DNA of 59,866 nucleotides, counting the filler, from Sphacelaria rigidula (taxonomy: Eukaryota), in NCBI GenBank assembly GCA_964200075.2. It is 10 parts of 10 records of this genome, joined end to end, with 100 filler letters (N's around TTAATTAATTAA, not from the genome) between each part and the next. Parts side by side here need not be neighbours in the genome. Positions count along the whole stretch, not along the records: positions 11,995 to 17,891 come from CAXNAA020023650.1; positions 17,992 to 23,888 come from CAXNAA020023651.1; positions 23,989 to 29,885 come from CAXNAA020023652.1; 7 more parts are not named here. One strand, given 5' to 3'. Shown one piece after another: positions 11,995-24,324 of the stretch (positions are counted from its first letter, which is position 1; each line of letters starts with the position of its first letter). Both the position numbers and the translations under genes were made by a program. Under the pieces are notes generated by a model. The model did no database searches and had not been told where the DNA came from. It saw nothing but the letters and a program-made list of their open reading frames with translations.

Positions 11995-12137
11995 TATGCA
12001 GACGAAGCGGTTCTCCCTTTGTCAAGGCATCGCGTTGTTATTGCCACTCACCACAGCCAAAAAAAAAGAAAATACCCCCCCCCCCCCCCCCCTCCCTCCC
12101 AAGGATTACCCCGACAATCGGCAACCTTCATTCTCAC

Positions 12138-12377
12138 CTCATACAAAACCCCATTGGGCAGGGTGGGATTCGCCTTCCAGCCCGAAAGAAACGGCCTCAC
12201 CCTCTGGTAGAATATCAACGGGTGGCACCCTTCTGGCATACGAGACAGAGCGCCCTGCATGTCCTTGATCCCCTTCTGCGCCACCGCAAGAGCTGCTACT
12301 ACCACCCGGGCGGCCGCAGATCGATCGCTACCAGAAGGGTTTTTGGACTTCGAAATGTTTTTTATGGCATGTTGCGC
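12138..12377 (-). CDS. Indoleamine 2,3-dioxygenase (IDO)-family internal exon
   Basis: Long pyrimidine tract + AAG acceptor, GAG|GTGAGA donor, 80 codons; LSRMPEGCHPLIFYQRVRPFLSGWKANPTLPNGVLYE is the IDO hallmark segment. Confidence 0.9.
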
Positions 12378-14414
12378 CTTGAGGGGGGAGGAAGGGGGAG
12401 AGAGGAACGGACGAGGACAATACTTGTAGTTAAGAGATCTTCACTGCAGGGTCACTGTGGGGATCTTTGCTGAAGGTGCGTGTGGGTTTGGGGGATATTT
12501 GCACACGTCGGGTAGATCATGATCCGTCCGAAATATCTAATCACAGAAGACTCTCGAATCCGTTGACCCAGAAAGGCTCGAGTCTGTGTTCGGGGGAAAG
12601 TCGATGTTTTGTGCAGGAGTGGGAAGAATTTTCCCAGATGTTTACAGTGGTTGCAGTACCTAGAAGCCATTTCAGAACACATTGACCTGCAAGACTTAGT
12701 GCCTGTATGATTAGTCATGCAAGAAGACAGTTCAGTGTGGAAGAAGCAGTGAGGTACAAGGGCAAGCGCATCCACGGTGAAGAGACAATAACGGTATCTG
12801 GATTGAAGTCGAGGTTTATGAGATCCGGGAGGCGGGTGTGGTGCGACTATCAGTTGGTAACAGCATCGCGAATCGATGTTTTCTGAGTTTTTTTTTACGG
12901 AGCACAAGTGCAACAAAATCACCAAATCAGGATGACATCACCGAATCACGAAATCAGGCCGCCGGGGCGGACGGACAGGGCAAATGCAAGGTTGGTGGGA
13001 GAGAGCCAACACACCCCACAAGTCTACCCTCCCATAAGAATCCCACATCTACGGCCATGCAGTTGATACACGGGGATAGTTCTGCGTCAGTCCCGGGCGT
13101 TAGCAGTTCTTCGCCCGCGGGGCGGATCGCGTTGATTTCAACCAAGGTTACAGCTGTGGGCCTTTGATACCTCCGAAAATCACGTTGGATAATCAGATTG
13201 GTGAACTGAGCGACTGTCTGGACAACGTGGGCAACCGCGTCGGTCGGATATAGACTAAACTGGACGGTACCAATGCAGATGTAAAAAAAAGCTTGGGCGA
13301 TGCAGTGATGCAGCTCGCGAATAACGCGGCGGTTCGTCTGGTAGAGGAAGTGTTGAACCTAGGAAGTGTTCGACCGGCTGGCCTCCCGGCGCTGGCTCCA
13401 TTAATTACACCAGGGACTGTAGCAGATCGCGTGTGCCTGATGATGTGGCACCGGCGTAGCTACGCCGTCCGGCCGTGGTGCCGTCAGGCAGGCAGGCTGC
13501 ACGATTAGAGTAGCCTGGCGCGCTAGCCGGGTGCTAACGCGGCACGACGAATACGCAGGTCCAGGACGGCATGGCGAATACGCAGGCGCTGGTTGGGATG
13601 ATGGTGGATACTGCAAGCCCGGTTCGCCGGTCGCAACGCTCGTTCCTGCTGGAGGTGGCGCGTGGCGCTCTGGGGCGGCAGCAGAGGCGACTGCCTCCCA
13701 CAGTGAGCTGCTGATGCCTGGTTGCGTGGCTCACCTTCATTCTGGTTATGTTAAATGTACGTGTCGATGGCGATTTCGGCGTTGCCGGGGGTGTTAAAAA
13801 AAAGTATGGAAAGACAATTGCGTACCCTGACTGTGGAATGTCGGCGGGCGCGCACCTCACCCGGCGGCCGTGTTGCGAATGTGTGACGGTGATGTTGGGA
13901 TGGTTGTCACCCGTATCGGCAAGGAATTCTCTGGGTCTCAGGTTTGCGTTCGTGAGTTTTTTTTTTCTCTTCTCTGGATTTATTTTATTTTTTATATCGT
14001 TTCGATTTTCCCGGACCTTAATACAGGTAGCTAGACTGTGACCACGGAAGGCGTCCGCTTCAGATGCGCAGTACGAATGTACCGCGCAGATATCGGGGCA
14101 GTTTTTACTGTGAAGATAACAGCAACAACAACAACAATAACAACAACAGGCAGATGTGCAAATTGTTCGCCCACAGTTCGGCGACTTGAAGGATTTTCCC
14201 TCGAATTTGTCTGTTGGTACGTGTATCAGAACGGGGTGTACCCATTAATGTCCTAGCACGTGAAAATATAGCCGATGCATGGGGCTGTGTGGATCACATG
14301 GTGGTGGTGTGTGAGATCACCAATACCGTATACTGTGTATGGATATGGCTGTAGCTGCCTGTGTTCGGAATTCGGGTGGCGCAGCTGTCTTAGTCTCCTC
14401 TATGGTTCTATTCC

Positions 14415-14553
14415 ACTTTTTTTTGTTTCTCCTTTTTTTTTCTTAGGCGAGTGTTTCTGTTTTGTTTTGTGTCGGGCACGTCTATCATGTCACCGCCGTT
14501 GAATCCTTGGGGGGTCAGTTGAAGTGCGGCAATCAAACCAAATCGAATCAACC
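14415..14553 (+). mobile_element. 3' end of a retroposon with an (AATC)n-like tail (family B)
   Basis: ACGTCTATCATG...TGGGGGGTCAGTTGAAGTGCG(G/A)CAA + AATC repeats; shared with 20315-20457 and, inverted, 49300-49420. Confidence 0.7.
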
Positions 14554-15079
14554 GACAGCAGTCCCGGACGTCACGGCTTGATGGCGGCTGCCTTGAAATA
14601 TTCGGACATTAACATCCCCTCCTTCCACGCATGCAGTGACAGAGATCGGCCGCCGTGCAGCTCAGTCTGTCAAGATAGCACGGCGCCGACAGGCGCGCAT
14701 TGTCACTCTGTCCGTTAACGGTATGGCAGTTCCGGAGGGGGTGATGGCAGGGTTGGTCATCCCTCTTTCATGTGCACATCTGTTGACGACAGTACTGGTG
14801 GAAGATCTTTTTTTCCCAGATGACGAGTGCTATTTGCGGCGAGGCCCTGATTTGCTACTCATGTTCATTTGCCGGGCGAGCGTTGTTTGATGGGGCAAAA
14901 AATATATCGGCCTGGGATACAAAACACGATTGGAAGTTCTGGGTTTGGTGATTGACATTGACTCTCTCTCTATTTCGCGTTCAGAGGCAAACGGCAACAA
15001 ACGGCAAAGCCGGGGTTGCAGTGGCCTCGAGAACGCAAGTGTGCATCAGAGAGAGACATTTCGTCGTTGACTGGGTTTC

Positions 15080-15830
15080 TGCTACACGTCTCGTATATTT
15101 TACGCCCGGGAAAGCCCTTTCACCGCATGCTCGCATCGATTGGGGTACGCCGCCCCTCCCCGCCCAGTGTTGTGACGGGGGATGATTTTCAAAGAGGGCG
15201 GCGACGATGTCACGGGTAATTGTATTGAGCCTGCATCGACTGGGGTGCGCCGCCCCTCCCCGTCCCGTGTTGTGACGGGGGATGTTTTCAAAGAGAGCGG
15301 CGACGAAGTTGCGGGTGACGGTATTGCATCCGAATCAGCTGGGGTGCGCCGCCTCTCCCCGTCCCGTGTTGTGACGGGGGATCTTTTTCAAAGAGGCCTG
15401 CGACGAAGTCGCGGGTGATGGTATTGAGCCCGGAATTTCATGATGATTTAGACATGTGGCGTTGGCTGGTTGGCTATGGATTGTCGCGGTGCGGAGCAGC
15501 ATCACCGTAATCCCCGGTATACCGACGGCTGCATGTCTCGTTTGTTCCACGCCCGGGAAAGTATTTTGTTCCCCGCACGCTTGCATCGGCTGGGGTGCGC
15601 CGCCCCTCCTCGTCCCATGTTGTGACGGGGGATGCCTTTTCTTAAAAAAGAGGGCGGCGACTATGGCGCGGGTGGTGGTATTGAGCCCGGAGTGTCAGCA
15701 TGGTCTAGACGTGTGCCGTTGGTCTTGGTTTCGGGCAGAGAGGTTCACGGTGATCTAGCGTGTGGCGTTGCGTCGTTGGCTATGGATTGTCGCGGCGTGG
15801 AACAGTAATAACATCCCCGGTATACCGGTC
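15080..15830. repeat. ~99-bp tandem repeat (3 copies 15141-15431, 4th at 15591-15690) inside a larger duplicated unit
   Basis: TGGGGTGCGCCGCCCCTCCCCGTCCCGTGTTGTGACGGGGGATG...TTCAAAGAG recurs; flanks 15455-15528 and 15761-15828 are also duplicated. Confidence 0.9.
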
Positions 15831-17891
15831 GGTTTTGCACTCCGCCCACATTGTCCTTGCCTTCGGATGCGTCTGACGCAGCTATCAGGGGCTATTGTTT
15901 GCCGTCGGGCATGTGGCGGCGGTACGACTTTACCGCTGAGGAACATGATCATTTTGAAGGTCCTACTGTGCACTTGGATGATCATATTTTGATCAATGTA
16001 CCACTGGAACTATCCGGGTACGGTCATGTCGGCGCCGGTAATGTTTCTTCTCTGCAGGAGACGCACACGGTTGTGAGCTTGTTGCGTGAGGTTGTACGGA
16101 GACAACTCGTGCGCCGTAATGTGGGTATGAATAAGCACAGAGGGGGTGGTGAGGAGGCGCGTTCGGGTGCTGTGATGCGCATGCTTGGTCTGCTGACAGT
16201 TGACTCGGGCTGGATGTTGAGACGAAGCATGTTTCGGGAATGTTCGATTATGTGGCTGAAGCAATTTTGCGGTGGCCCATGGATGGTGTTTCCGCCACCC
16301 TCTCGTCCCACCGTCCCGATATTCAATAGCGTATGCAGAACATGAGGACAGAGGGGAGGCATCTGCGTTCAGGCTTCAGGGACTCGGGCTCGTCCGAAAT
16401 GTCATTGGGTGCTCGTCTGGGAAAACGTAGCAGGGATTTTTCGTTTGTCAAGAATGCGTTGATGAGATTGTAGTGTAACCGCGCTGTGATGGGAACATAG
16501 CAACCACTTTGGCGGCCGGTGCTTTCTTGTCGGCGCTGTTGGATGGGGAACGTTCATCCCTTGCGTGGAGCCCGGGTGGCCACGTGTTGTGATTGGGTTT
16601 CTGTGCCCCCTTTTCGTTTTTGACGTGATACACACGGAATATATACTCATCTTGTTTCGTTCTTATCACCCGGTAAACTTGTGCGTAGAAGAAGTGACGC
16701 GGCAATTTATCGGGAAAGGTCGCAGTTGCGTCGGCGTGATCGGGGTACGGCAGATCGGGTAGACGTGCGTCTCCGGGAGCCCGAAGGGATCAATTCCAAC
16801 TCCGTCGTGACGCGTGTTCGTGGGGAATTTCCGGTGACATTTCGAGGCGGGCGCGGAACGGTCGCGCTACAGCAGTGCTAAAGCTCTGGTCAGTTGATGA
16901 ATCGTTCCCAGCGTCACGGTTGATGCCCCGCTAATGACGTACGGTGTCTGGAACAACGCGGGATTTTTGGTATGGATTCAGTGCGATGCGGTGTCTACGT
17001 TGCGGCAAGTGGTGGCGTTGGCTGGGCTAACGCCTGCATAGTTGCGGATTGGTGGCACCACACATTTGTCCGCAGCAGGAGTGGCCATAGGGATGTTGCA
17101 GACAGAGGGTACATGGAAATCGGTCGCGTAGAAGCCATACGTCGGGGATAACGATGTTATTTGCGGTTTGGTGTCAGAAGCTTTCGCCCATCGGTGCGGA
17201 GGCGGGATCTGCAGCCTGGTCAGGGCACGGAACAGAGGGGCGAGTAGAGACCTCATCGGAGGAAAGCGGCTCATGACGTCGAGTTACATGACGGATGTTG
17301 CTGTTGTTGTTGTTGTTGTTGTCTTCACATTGGATGACGGATGCTGCATCAAGATAATGGCGATGAAAGGGATACGGTTACATACGGTAAATGAATGAGT
17401 ACGTGAAGAGTAGTAGTATAGTCATGTGTCAACGAAGAGGATTGGATGCCGAAATTGGAGTCGAGACTAAGTTGTCGGTCACACATGCACGGAAGTGTCG
17501 TACCCCTACGGAATGGATTGCATTAGTGTGGCGGGAGAAAGCGTTGAGGGGGTATGTTGTATCCGCGCGTCGGCTTAGGTTCCTGTGAAAGCTGTTGCGA
17601 CTGCGCTCAGCAGAATCTCCAGATGGGAGCGAACGATCGGGTACGTGAGGAGTCACACTGTTTTTGAACGGGTGAATCATGAGGTTTTCCCTAGCCCCCC
17701 CCCCCCTTCCCCCAAGCTGGGTTGGGGGCGGGAGTGCATAATGTGACAAAATTCGAAAGTAACTGCACAAAACACAAAATGTGTGGCCGCGGAGCCAGAG
17801 AAACCAACGCGCAACCTTTGCGCTACTCAGCGTGCTGGGCATCCGGAGCTGCAGGGGGGGCGGGGGGGGGGGGGGGGCCCATTTTTTGGTT

Positions 17892-17991
17892 NNNNNNNNN
17901 NNNNNNNNNNNNNNNNNNNNNNNNNNNNNNNNNNNTTAATTAATTAANNNNNNNNNNNNNNNNNNNNNNNNNNNNNNNNNNNNNNNNNNNN
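17892..17991. other. Artificial contig spacer
   Basis: N44-TTAATTAATTAA-N44. Confidence 0.98.
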
Positions 17992-18052
17992 AGGAGCCCC
18001 TGAACCAGACAAAAGTTCGCGAAAAAAGTGCACCCCTACCGTAGCATTGCTC
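17992..18052. mobile_element. End of a MITE-like repeat (GAGCARTGCTACGGTAGGGGTGCAC terminus)
   Basis: Inverted copy at 23821-23888; related copy at 36490-36560. Confidence 0.75.
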
Positions 18053-18439
18053 TAGCCAGGTACGTGATCGCATGGTGCTTGCACTGTACTGTGTGCTGTG
18101 GCAGCGTGTTTGCACTGTGCAACTTTGTACCAAACAGGCTTGCTCGAGCAGTTCTTCGGATCATTCTATGTGAGGCCGAATGAATTTCTGACCAACATAC
18201 GGGGCATCCATGCTGAAGTCATCTTGGCGGCGAAACATGTTCAACGCCCGGCAAATGACGAATGGCCCCTAGTATGATTGATGTGCGGCATTGTGAAACG
18301 TCATTGCGCGGGTCAAGTCGTATGGATTCGCTTCCGCTCTACGCCACAACATGTCGCCACGGCATTGTCATTGTCTCGCCACTACATTGGGATCTTCTCA
18401 TCGGCCTACATTTCGACACATCATATCGTCACTTCACTA

Positions 18440-18524
18440 CATGGGACCGTCACGACACTTCATGGGATCGTCACAACACTTCATGGGACCGTCACTACAC
18501 TTCATGGGACCGTCACTACATGGG
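18440..18524. repeat. 21-bp minisatellite CATGGGACCGTCACTACACTT x~4
   Basis: Directly visible head-to-tail repeats with no spacers. Confidence 0.92.
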
Positions 18525-19479
18525 TTTCTTCACGTCGGGACATTGGGGGCAACCAGTGCCGTTGATCCGCAGCAGTAGGCACACCGATTGTAAAAGTTAT
18601 TATATGCGCGGCTCACGCCTTGACCATTTTGTTTTGTTCACCCTGTTTCTACTGTAGCGTTGCGTTTGACTCTTCCCTTCACAATGACCCATATTTTATT
18701 TCATTTTGTTTTTTTTCTATTCTATTCTATTGTTTCTACTTTTACGTCTTTATTTATTTTTGAGGTTTCAGAATTGCACACGAACATCGGAAGAGCGCGC
18801 ACTGATACTACACCCCCCCATCCGCCCCTGCCGCTTTTGCTGTTCGATATTGCCCGCTCTGGTCGCCTTGAACCATGATCGTTGGTATCGCATCATACCA
18901 TGTTTATTTGCTCTCCCGCTGGTATTTTTTGCTGTTGAAGTTTTTCTCTTTCGCTATCAACTGTTTCATACTGGTGATCCCTCTCTCCCATCGTCTGCAT
19001 TTATCAGTTGTAGCCCACGGTGCACTATTTGCGTCATTCTCTCCTTTCATCGACTCAATCATTTGTTTTTGCCCCTTTTTGCCCCCCTGTCTGCCGTATG
19101 GTACCCCTTGATTTTCTGCCGTTTGTCTCCTCTCTTTCTACATTTTCAGTTATATTCTCTACCCCCCGTGGCAATTTTACTCTACAGCCATCTTTGTTAT
19201 TTGTTTTTGCTACCTTCATGTTGCAGGCATACAGCCCCGCCCATCCATGGCTTTTTTGGGGGGAAAATATTTTGTCAGAGCCATTGCCTGACGCACGAAA
19301 GTACACCCCAGGTACATTTGTCCTGAGAAACCTGCGATGGCAAACTCCAGGGATGACCACTAAGCGCAACGAAAGCCAACTCGGGATAACGGGTGAGATC
19401 GGGCATCGACAGCGGCTCCACCAATTGTAGCCAATGGCGGTTTGCTAGACATCTGCGATGGTGGTGAACCATATATCGG

Positions 19480-19760
19480 GAAGGTTGTAGTGTAAGGATA
19501 ACAGGTGGGTGAATCGGAGAAACGGGAGCTGGTGGTCGTCCTGCTGGGCTCTGGACACTGGGCTGTTCTCCACGGACCCGAAGCAGGTTCCGGTCACCAT
19601 CAACCGTGAGCTACAAATACCCCCTTGTTTGAGAGTACTGTACTCCATTCGCAGCAAATCAACGCCACTTTTTTGTCGAGTAGCGTCACGTAGCTCCCCA
19701 AGTGATAGACCCGAGACCGCCCAAACAGCACCGATCAAGGTTCCGTAACAGCTGTGAGTA
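19480..19760 (+). mobile_element. Highly decayed Ty3/Gypsy RNase H-like segment
   Basis: Frameshifted SEKRELVVVL/WALD resembles the ExExLAVxWAL motif; lies upstream of the integrase relic on the same strand. Confidence 0.35.
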
Positions 19761-19964
19761 CTGGTCATTCCGCACAGTTAGAGAAGGAACGAAGGTAGGC
19801 GAAGTGCTCTCCGCAGGGGGGGACACGCCTACTTCATCCGACAGACCTCGAACTGGACACAGTGGCGAATGATCGTGCTCTGTAGATCTTTACCAACGCA
19901 CCCAATCTGATCGCCAGCAAGGAGACCCTTTGCGAGAACAGGTGCAATCGAATCTTAGGGGGGG

Positions 19965-21402
19965 CGTACTCACTTGTTGCTTGCCTTAGTCGTTTGACCA
20001 TTGACCACGCATCCCTTTCGAGATGGAGCACCGTTCCTACTCCTAATAGACACCTTCAACATTCCGGCGCGCATTACGCTTCTTTCATAGCTCATTAGGT
20101 TTCTCCCATGCTCTGCGCAAAAACCTTCTACGTATCTAATACATCAGACGATTCCATGCCACCTTCGTTCACGTCCCGTATTTCCCCCTCTAGCACGTCC
20201 CGTTCCTCCTTGTACAGTTCACATTGCGCTACTTTATGATTTCTGCTCTCGATTGCTTTGCCACAGAGGTACTTCTGCCTATCAACTTCCTCTTCTTTCC
20301 GATTACTGGTATACTTTTCTTTTTTTTTCTTCTGTTCCTCCTTTTTCTCAGAGCGTGTTTCAGTTTCGTTTTTCGTTGGTACGTCTATCATGAGACCACG
20401 GCTGGAGCCCTGGGGGGTCAGTTGAAGTGCGACAAGCAATTCATCAATCAATTAATCTTTCCGGTAGGTCCAGGTCCCCCACGCGAAATCGCAGTTTCAT
20501 ATTTTTTTTCGTCGCGTCCACGGGGCCATGCAGATATGTTTCCATTCCGATGCCCTCTCTCAACCCCCCATATATATCCAGGTGTTCTTTCTCGTCTACC
20601 TTACGTATGAGCGCTCCATTTTTTCCCCTTATTTTTATCATGTTGCTCACTTTTGTCTTGTGCCCCGCGCCTGCATCTAGGGACGGAATTTCGTCTTGGT
20701 TCCCGCTTATCTCCTTCCACACTTTCTCGACTTCTCTATTTCACCTGATGACATCCCCTTTCGTATTTTTCTTCCAAACAGCCTTATCAACGACAGCTGG
20801 CAGTCTCTTTCTCTGCATGTTCAAGCTATATTTCGATCTGAATTTGCTCATGCCTTCTGTTTGAAGTGAGTACGTCTCCAACTCTGCTCTCAAAACTGTA
20901 TTACTCGTCGTTTTCGAGCATCCAAATATCTTCTTGGCTGCTGCTCTCTGTACTGTTTTTAGCTTATTCACCAATTTCACGTTCTACTCCCATACTTCTC
21001 CTGCATATTCCAGCTGTGGTACGATCAAGTTCGTCAGGATACATCTCTCAATCCTGGTGTCCGGGTGCGGGTCTCTGGGGATCACGTTCATCTTTCCTAT
21101 CTGTGTCTTACCCTTTTATATTACCTTGTTAATTTCTGCACCCCAAGAACAGTGTTTTGAGATATCCAGGCCAAGGTATGTATATTGGTCTACAATCGAC
21201 AGTTACTCTCCTCCCCACTTCCACCTGAACCCCAGTCGATTTTTCTCATCCTCGTTACAGACGAGTATCGCGCATAGTTTCACATTCGCTATCACTCTCC
21301 TTCGCTGTTCGCTGTCACTCTCCATTGCCTAGTGTATTCTTGTGCCTTATCTATCTGTTTTTGCAATCCTCCTGCTGTTTCTGAAATCCCCACATAATCA
21401 TT
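19965..21402 (-). mobile_element. 5'-truncated, decayed non-LTR retrotransposon (LINE), RT C-terminal half to 3' end
   Basis: Begins at the RT DD motif: DYVGISETAGGLQKQID...WRVTAN...DQYTYLGLDIS...LEYAGEVW...VQRAAAKKIFGC...LRAEL; stops and frameshifts; 3' end GAGTACG abuts a C7 run. Confidence 0.92.
20315..20457 (+). mobile_element. Family B (AATC-tailed) insertion nested in the LINE
   Basis: Interrupts the LINE frame between GDLDLPER and YTSNRKEEE; homologous to 14415-14553. Confidence 0.75.
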
Positions 21403-21529
21403 GGACCTGAGGGGTAAACGACTGCCGAAACGGTAGGTGAGAGGCGATCTGGGTACGAAATAAAAGTGATACCTGGGAGTCGATGCTGAGGACCTGTCTG
21501 CAGTTCCACAGTAATGATTAGCACTGGAA

Positions 21530-22320
21530 AATTTAGCAGTAGGCGCCACCCTTTCCACGATGCGTGACCGCTCCCTTTCGTCAACAAGTACGAAAGATAT
21601 CAGGCAAGATGTGCTGACACGCCGTTGTAGGAGGCCCAAGAGGTCAAGCAGTCGCCAAACGGCCATCAGGTAGGGGCGTGCGATAGACCCACGGGACGAG
21701 GTAATGTTGCACTCTGTGACGGTTTGAGAGACTACCAACCAACATATACATACATCTGCAGGCACTTGACCTCGCTTCTCGACCCCAATTGATTTTCCAC
21801 AGCCATCACAACAAGTCAACGGGCTAGTCAGTACCCCTGCAAAAGCTGCCTAACTTCCGGTGCCCCTCAAAAAATTCGCTGAACAGAGGCGAAGAGTTTG
21901 GCGTGGAGGAAGTCACCCATTTGGGCAGGTGACTGAAAAAAGGCGTCGCTTTCCGAAGCGTTAGATCTTCCACGCAGTAAGGACGCAGTCGTAAGACTTG
22001 GAGGATGGCTGCTGGATACGTTGTCAGAGCTTTGCAAGTCATGTGGGGTGAACACGTCTCATTGACTCCTTGAATCAAGCGCACATTGCTTGACACGCTG
22101 CTCCCCTCCCAGAGTTGCCGTGTCAACGTAAAACCACGCATATGTTTAAGCTGACTTTCACTTATATCACAAGAAGCGAACTGAGTATACAACCGGACCA
22201 TTTCGTATAACAGCGCGAATAGCACCTATGCGAGGTAAGACTGGTGATGGACCCGGAAGGTGAGATCTCAACGTCGGGATGGCATCGGCAGGAAACTGCA
22301 GCACTAGTACACGGTGCATG
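21530..22320 (+). mobile_element. Decayed Ty3/Gypsy integrase
   Basis: AVGATLSTMRDR...TKDIRQDVLTRRCRRPKRSSSRQ (H2C2 zinc region), RGEEFGVEEVTHLGR*LK and AVVRLGGWLLDTLSELCKS (rve core), DW*W...RKLQH*YT (GPY/F-like); many stops. Confidence 0.7.
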
Positions 22321-23820
22321 AAAGGTTGGCAAGGATAGATGACGGCACGCGGTCTGGAGGTGGTGATGCAAGGACACAAAATACGTACGCGCAAGGTAGT
22401 CCGCAATAGGTCGAACCGCATGCCGTTACCCGCCCCACCTGAGATATTCAATCGCTGACGGGTCCGCCTAGTTTGCTTGAACACCAGACTTTCAGGCGAC
22501 GCCAACCTTGAATACCCCACACCCCACCTCCTCACCCTGAAACACCGTCGCGAGTCTAAATCCAGAAAAAACAGGGTGGAAATAGCGAGCATAATTTCAG
22601 GATGGAGCAATGTCAGAGGGGCTAGCAGGAAGCAGAGTCCTGGAAAGCCTGATGCTTCCCGAGTGAACAGGTTCCACACCCTTTGGCATCTGCGCCACCC
22701 AGCCAAGGTATCAAGTATGCCATCCCGCCCGAGCACGCCATGTCCCTCTGTCACGCAGTGATGTCCCGAACTTGTTCCACATAGGTTTCGCATTCCGAGA
22801 GGATTTTGACGGAGTTCAGCAAAAAGGACAAGTGTTCGACAACGGTCAATGCTTCGGAAGAGTGATGAGACGACGAAGACTGCGTGGAGTCTTCGAGTGA
22901 AGAGCTCCAGCAAGTGGCCCAGACGAGCGAGCCGATGGCATTCAGCAAACGAAGGAGAGAAAAACATAATATTGTACGAAGGAAAGAGCAGGAGACCGTA
23001 TTGCGGTGCATTACAGGAGCGAGCAGTGCTTTGTATTTGTATTTTTTTATATATAGTAATGAGCTGTAGTTCAGTACTGTTTCTTTTCATTGGAACAACA
23101 GTTCAATATTTACTTTTTTCTACTCTCTTCGGGTCTGTTTTCACTCGTGTTTTCCCGTCGATCATGGGCTTGGCTATATACCTTGTATCGTTCCCGGCTT
23201 TATTTTCTCACCTTATAACGTTTGACCTTCATTGATTTTTTGGGGGGGGGCGCCTTCTCGATTCGTTTGCCTCGTTTTTTCGTATCAGAACTTCCTCATT
23301 ATTAGGCCCTCATATTGTTTTTCTCTGTTCGTTTTTCTAGTCTGGATTATATTTGTTCTTTTTCCCTCAACCGTTTTGCTTTCTCTTGATTTCGTAGGAC
23401 CTTATCCTCCTTCTCGTGTCAGTCTTTTTTATTGTTTTGTTTTCATGTTTCATGAGTTGTTTTTTTCGTAGTATGGACGTGGTATGTCCTTTTTAGTTTT
23501 CCTTCATGTTTCAGTTTTCTTTCTCCCCTACTCATTTTGTTGGGGGCCTGGTTCGTTCCTCCAGCACTATTTTTTGGTTTCTCTTTTTTTTCTTTCCACC
23601 TTTTCGCGGAGTTGATCTTGCTCCGCTCTTTGTTTTTTTCCCGGTCTTGCATTTCATGAAGATCATTTATTTCTTGGTTTTGTTATACCTGTTCCCACCC
23701 CATGTTTCACGTACCCGGTTCGTTCATCACGATTCTTCGTCCTCGGAGAACGTTGATCCGATTTCTAGGGTACCCCACCCCTTTCGAGTAGAGCAATTCA
23801 TATCGTGGGGTAAGCATTGT

Positions 23821-23888
23821 GAGCAGTGCTACGGTAGGGGTGCACTTTTTTCGCGAAATTTTGTCTGGTTCAGGGGCTCCCAACGATT
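23821..23888. mobile_element. End of the same MITE-like repeat as 17992-18052
   Basis: GAGCAGTGCTACGGTAGGGGTGCACTTTTTTCGCGAAATTTTGTCTGGTTCAGGGGCTCC. Confidence 0.75.
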
Positions 23889-23988
23889 NNNNNNNNNNNN
23901 NNNNNNNNNNNNNNNNNNNNNNNNNNNNNNNNTTAATTAATTAANNNNNNNNNNNNNNNNNNNNNNNNNNNNNNNNNNNNNNNNNNNN
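23889..23988. other. Artificial contig spacer
   Basis: N44-TTAATTAATTAA-N44. Confidence 0.98.
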
Positions 23989-24324
23989 AAGATTGTTCGG
24001 CCCGAAGCCTACTGATCATCTTGCATTTGGAGGACAGCCTCCAATGAGTTGCTTCATGTTCTGATATCACCGCTTCTAGAGACAGCCACGTCTTATACAC
24101 TGCCTCATGGGTGTCTCATCATGTAAACACCACGTAGTACGATCATCCCTATTGTGCGGAGTTGAGGTTCCCCCACGCCGCACAACATGACCTAGCTAGA
24201 CTACCATCATGGTTACCGCAAAAAAACGCAAGCGCGCAAAACAAATCGGTAACCTGGTTGCCTAGCTTCCGTAATGAGTGGCGTGTTTAGGGGGGGGTGT
24301 ACTTATGATCATGCATGCCATAGC
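23989..24324 (-). mobile_element. Family A fragment (23989-24287) plus a 27-nt tail-only insertion (24298-24324) with TSD
   Basis: The tail fragment is flanked by the direct repeat CGTGTTTAGGGGGGGG (24282-24297 and 24325-24340). Confidence 0.85.

Noticed and set aside
18440..18524. CRISPR-like array (also considered for 15141-15431 and 59676-59774)
   Set aside because: Head-to-tail repeats with no unique spacers, no cas genes and a eukaryotic context.
22167..23090. 307-aa minus-strand ORF as a gene
   Set aside because: No recognisable motif; it is largely the antisense shadow of the decayed Gypsy frame plus low-complexity sequence.
17992..23888. A 5.9-kb transposon bounded by ~60-bp terminal inverted repeats
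   Set aside because: The shared terminus (GAGCARTGCTACGG) faces inward, so these are ends of two separate MITE copies extending beyond the contig, where the assembly broke.
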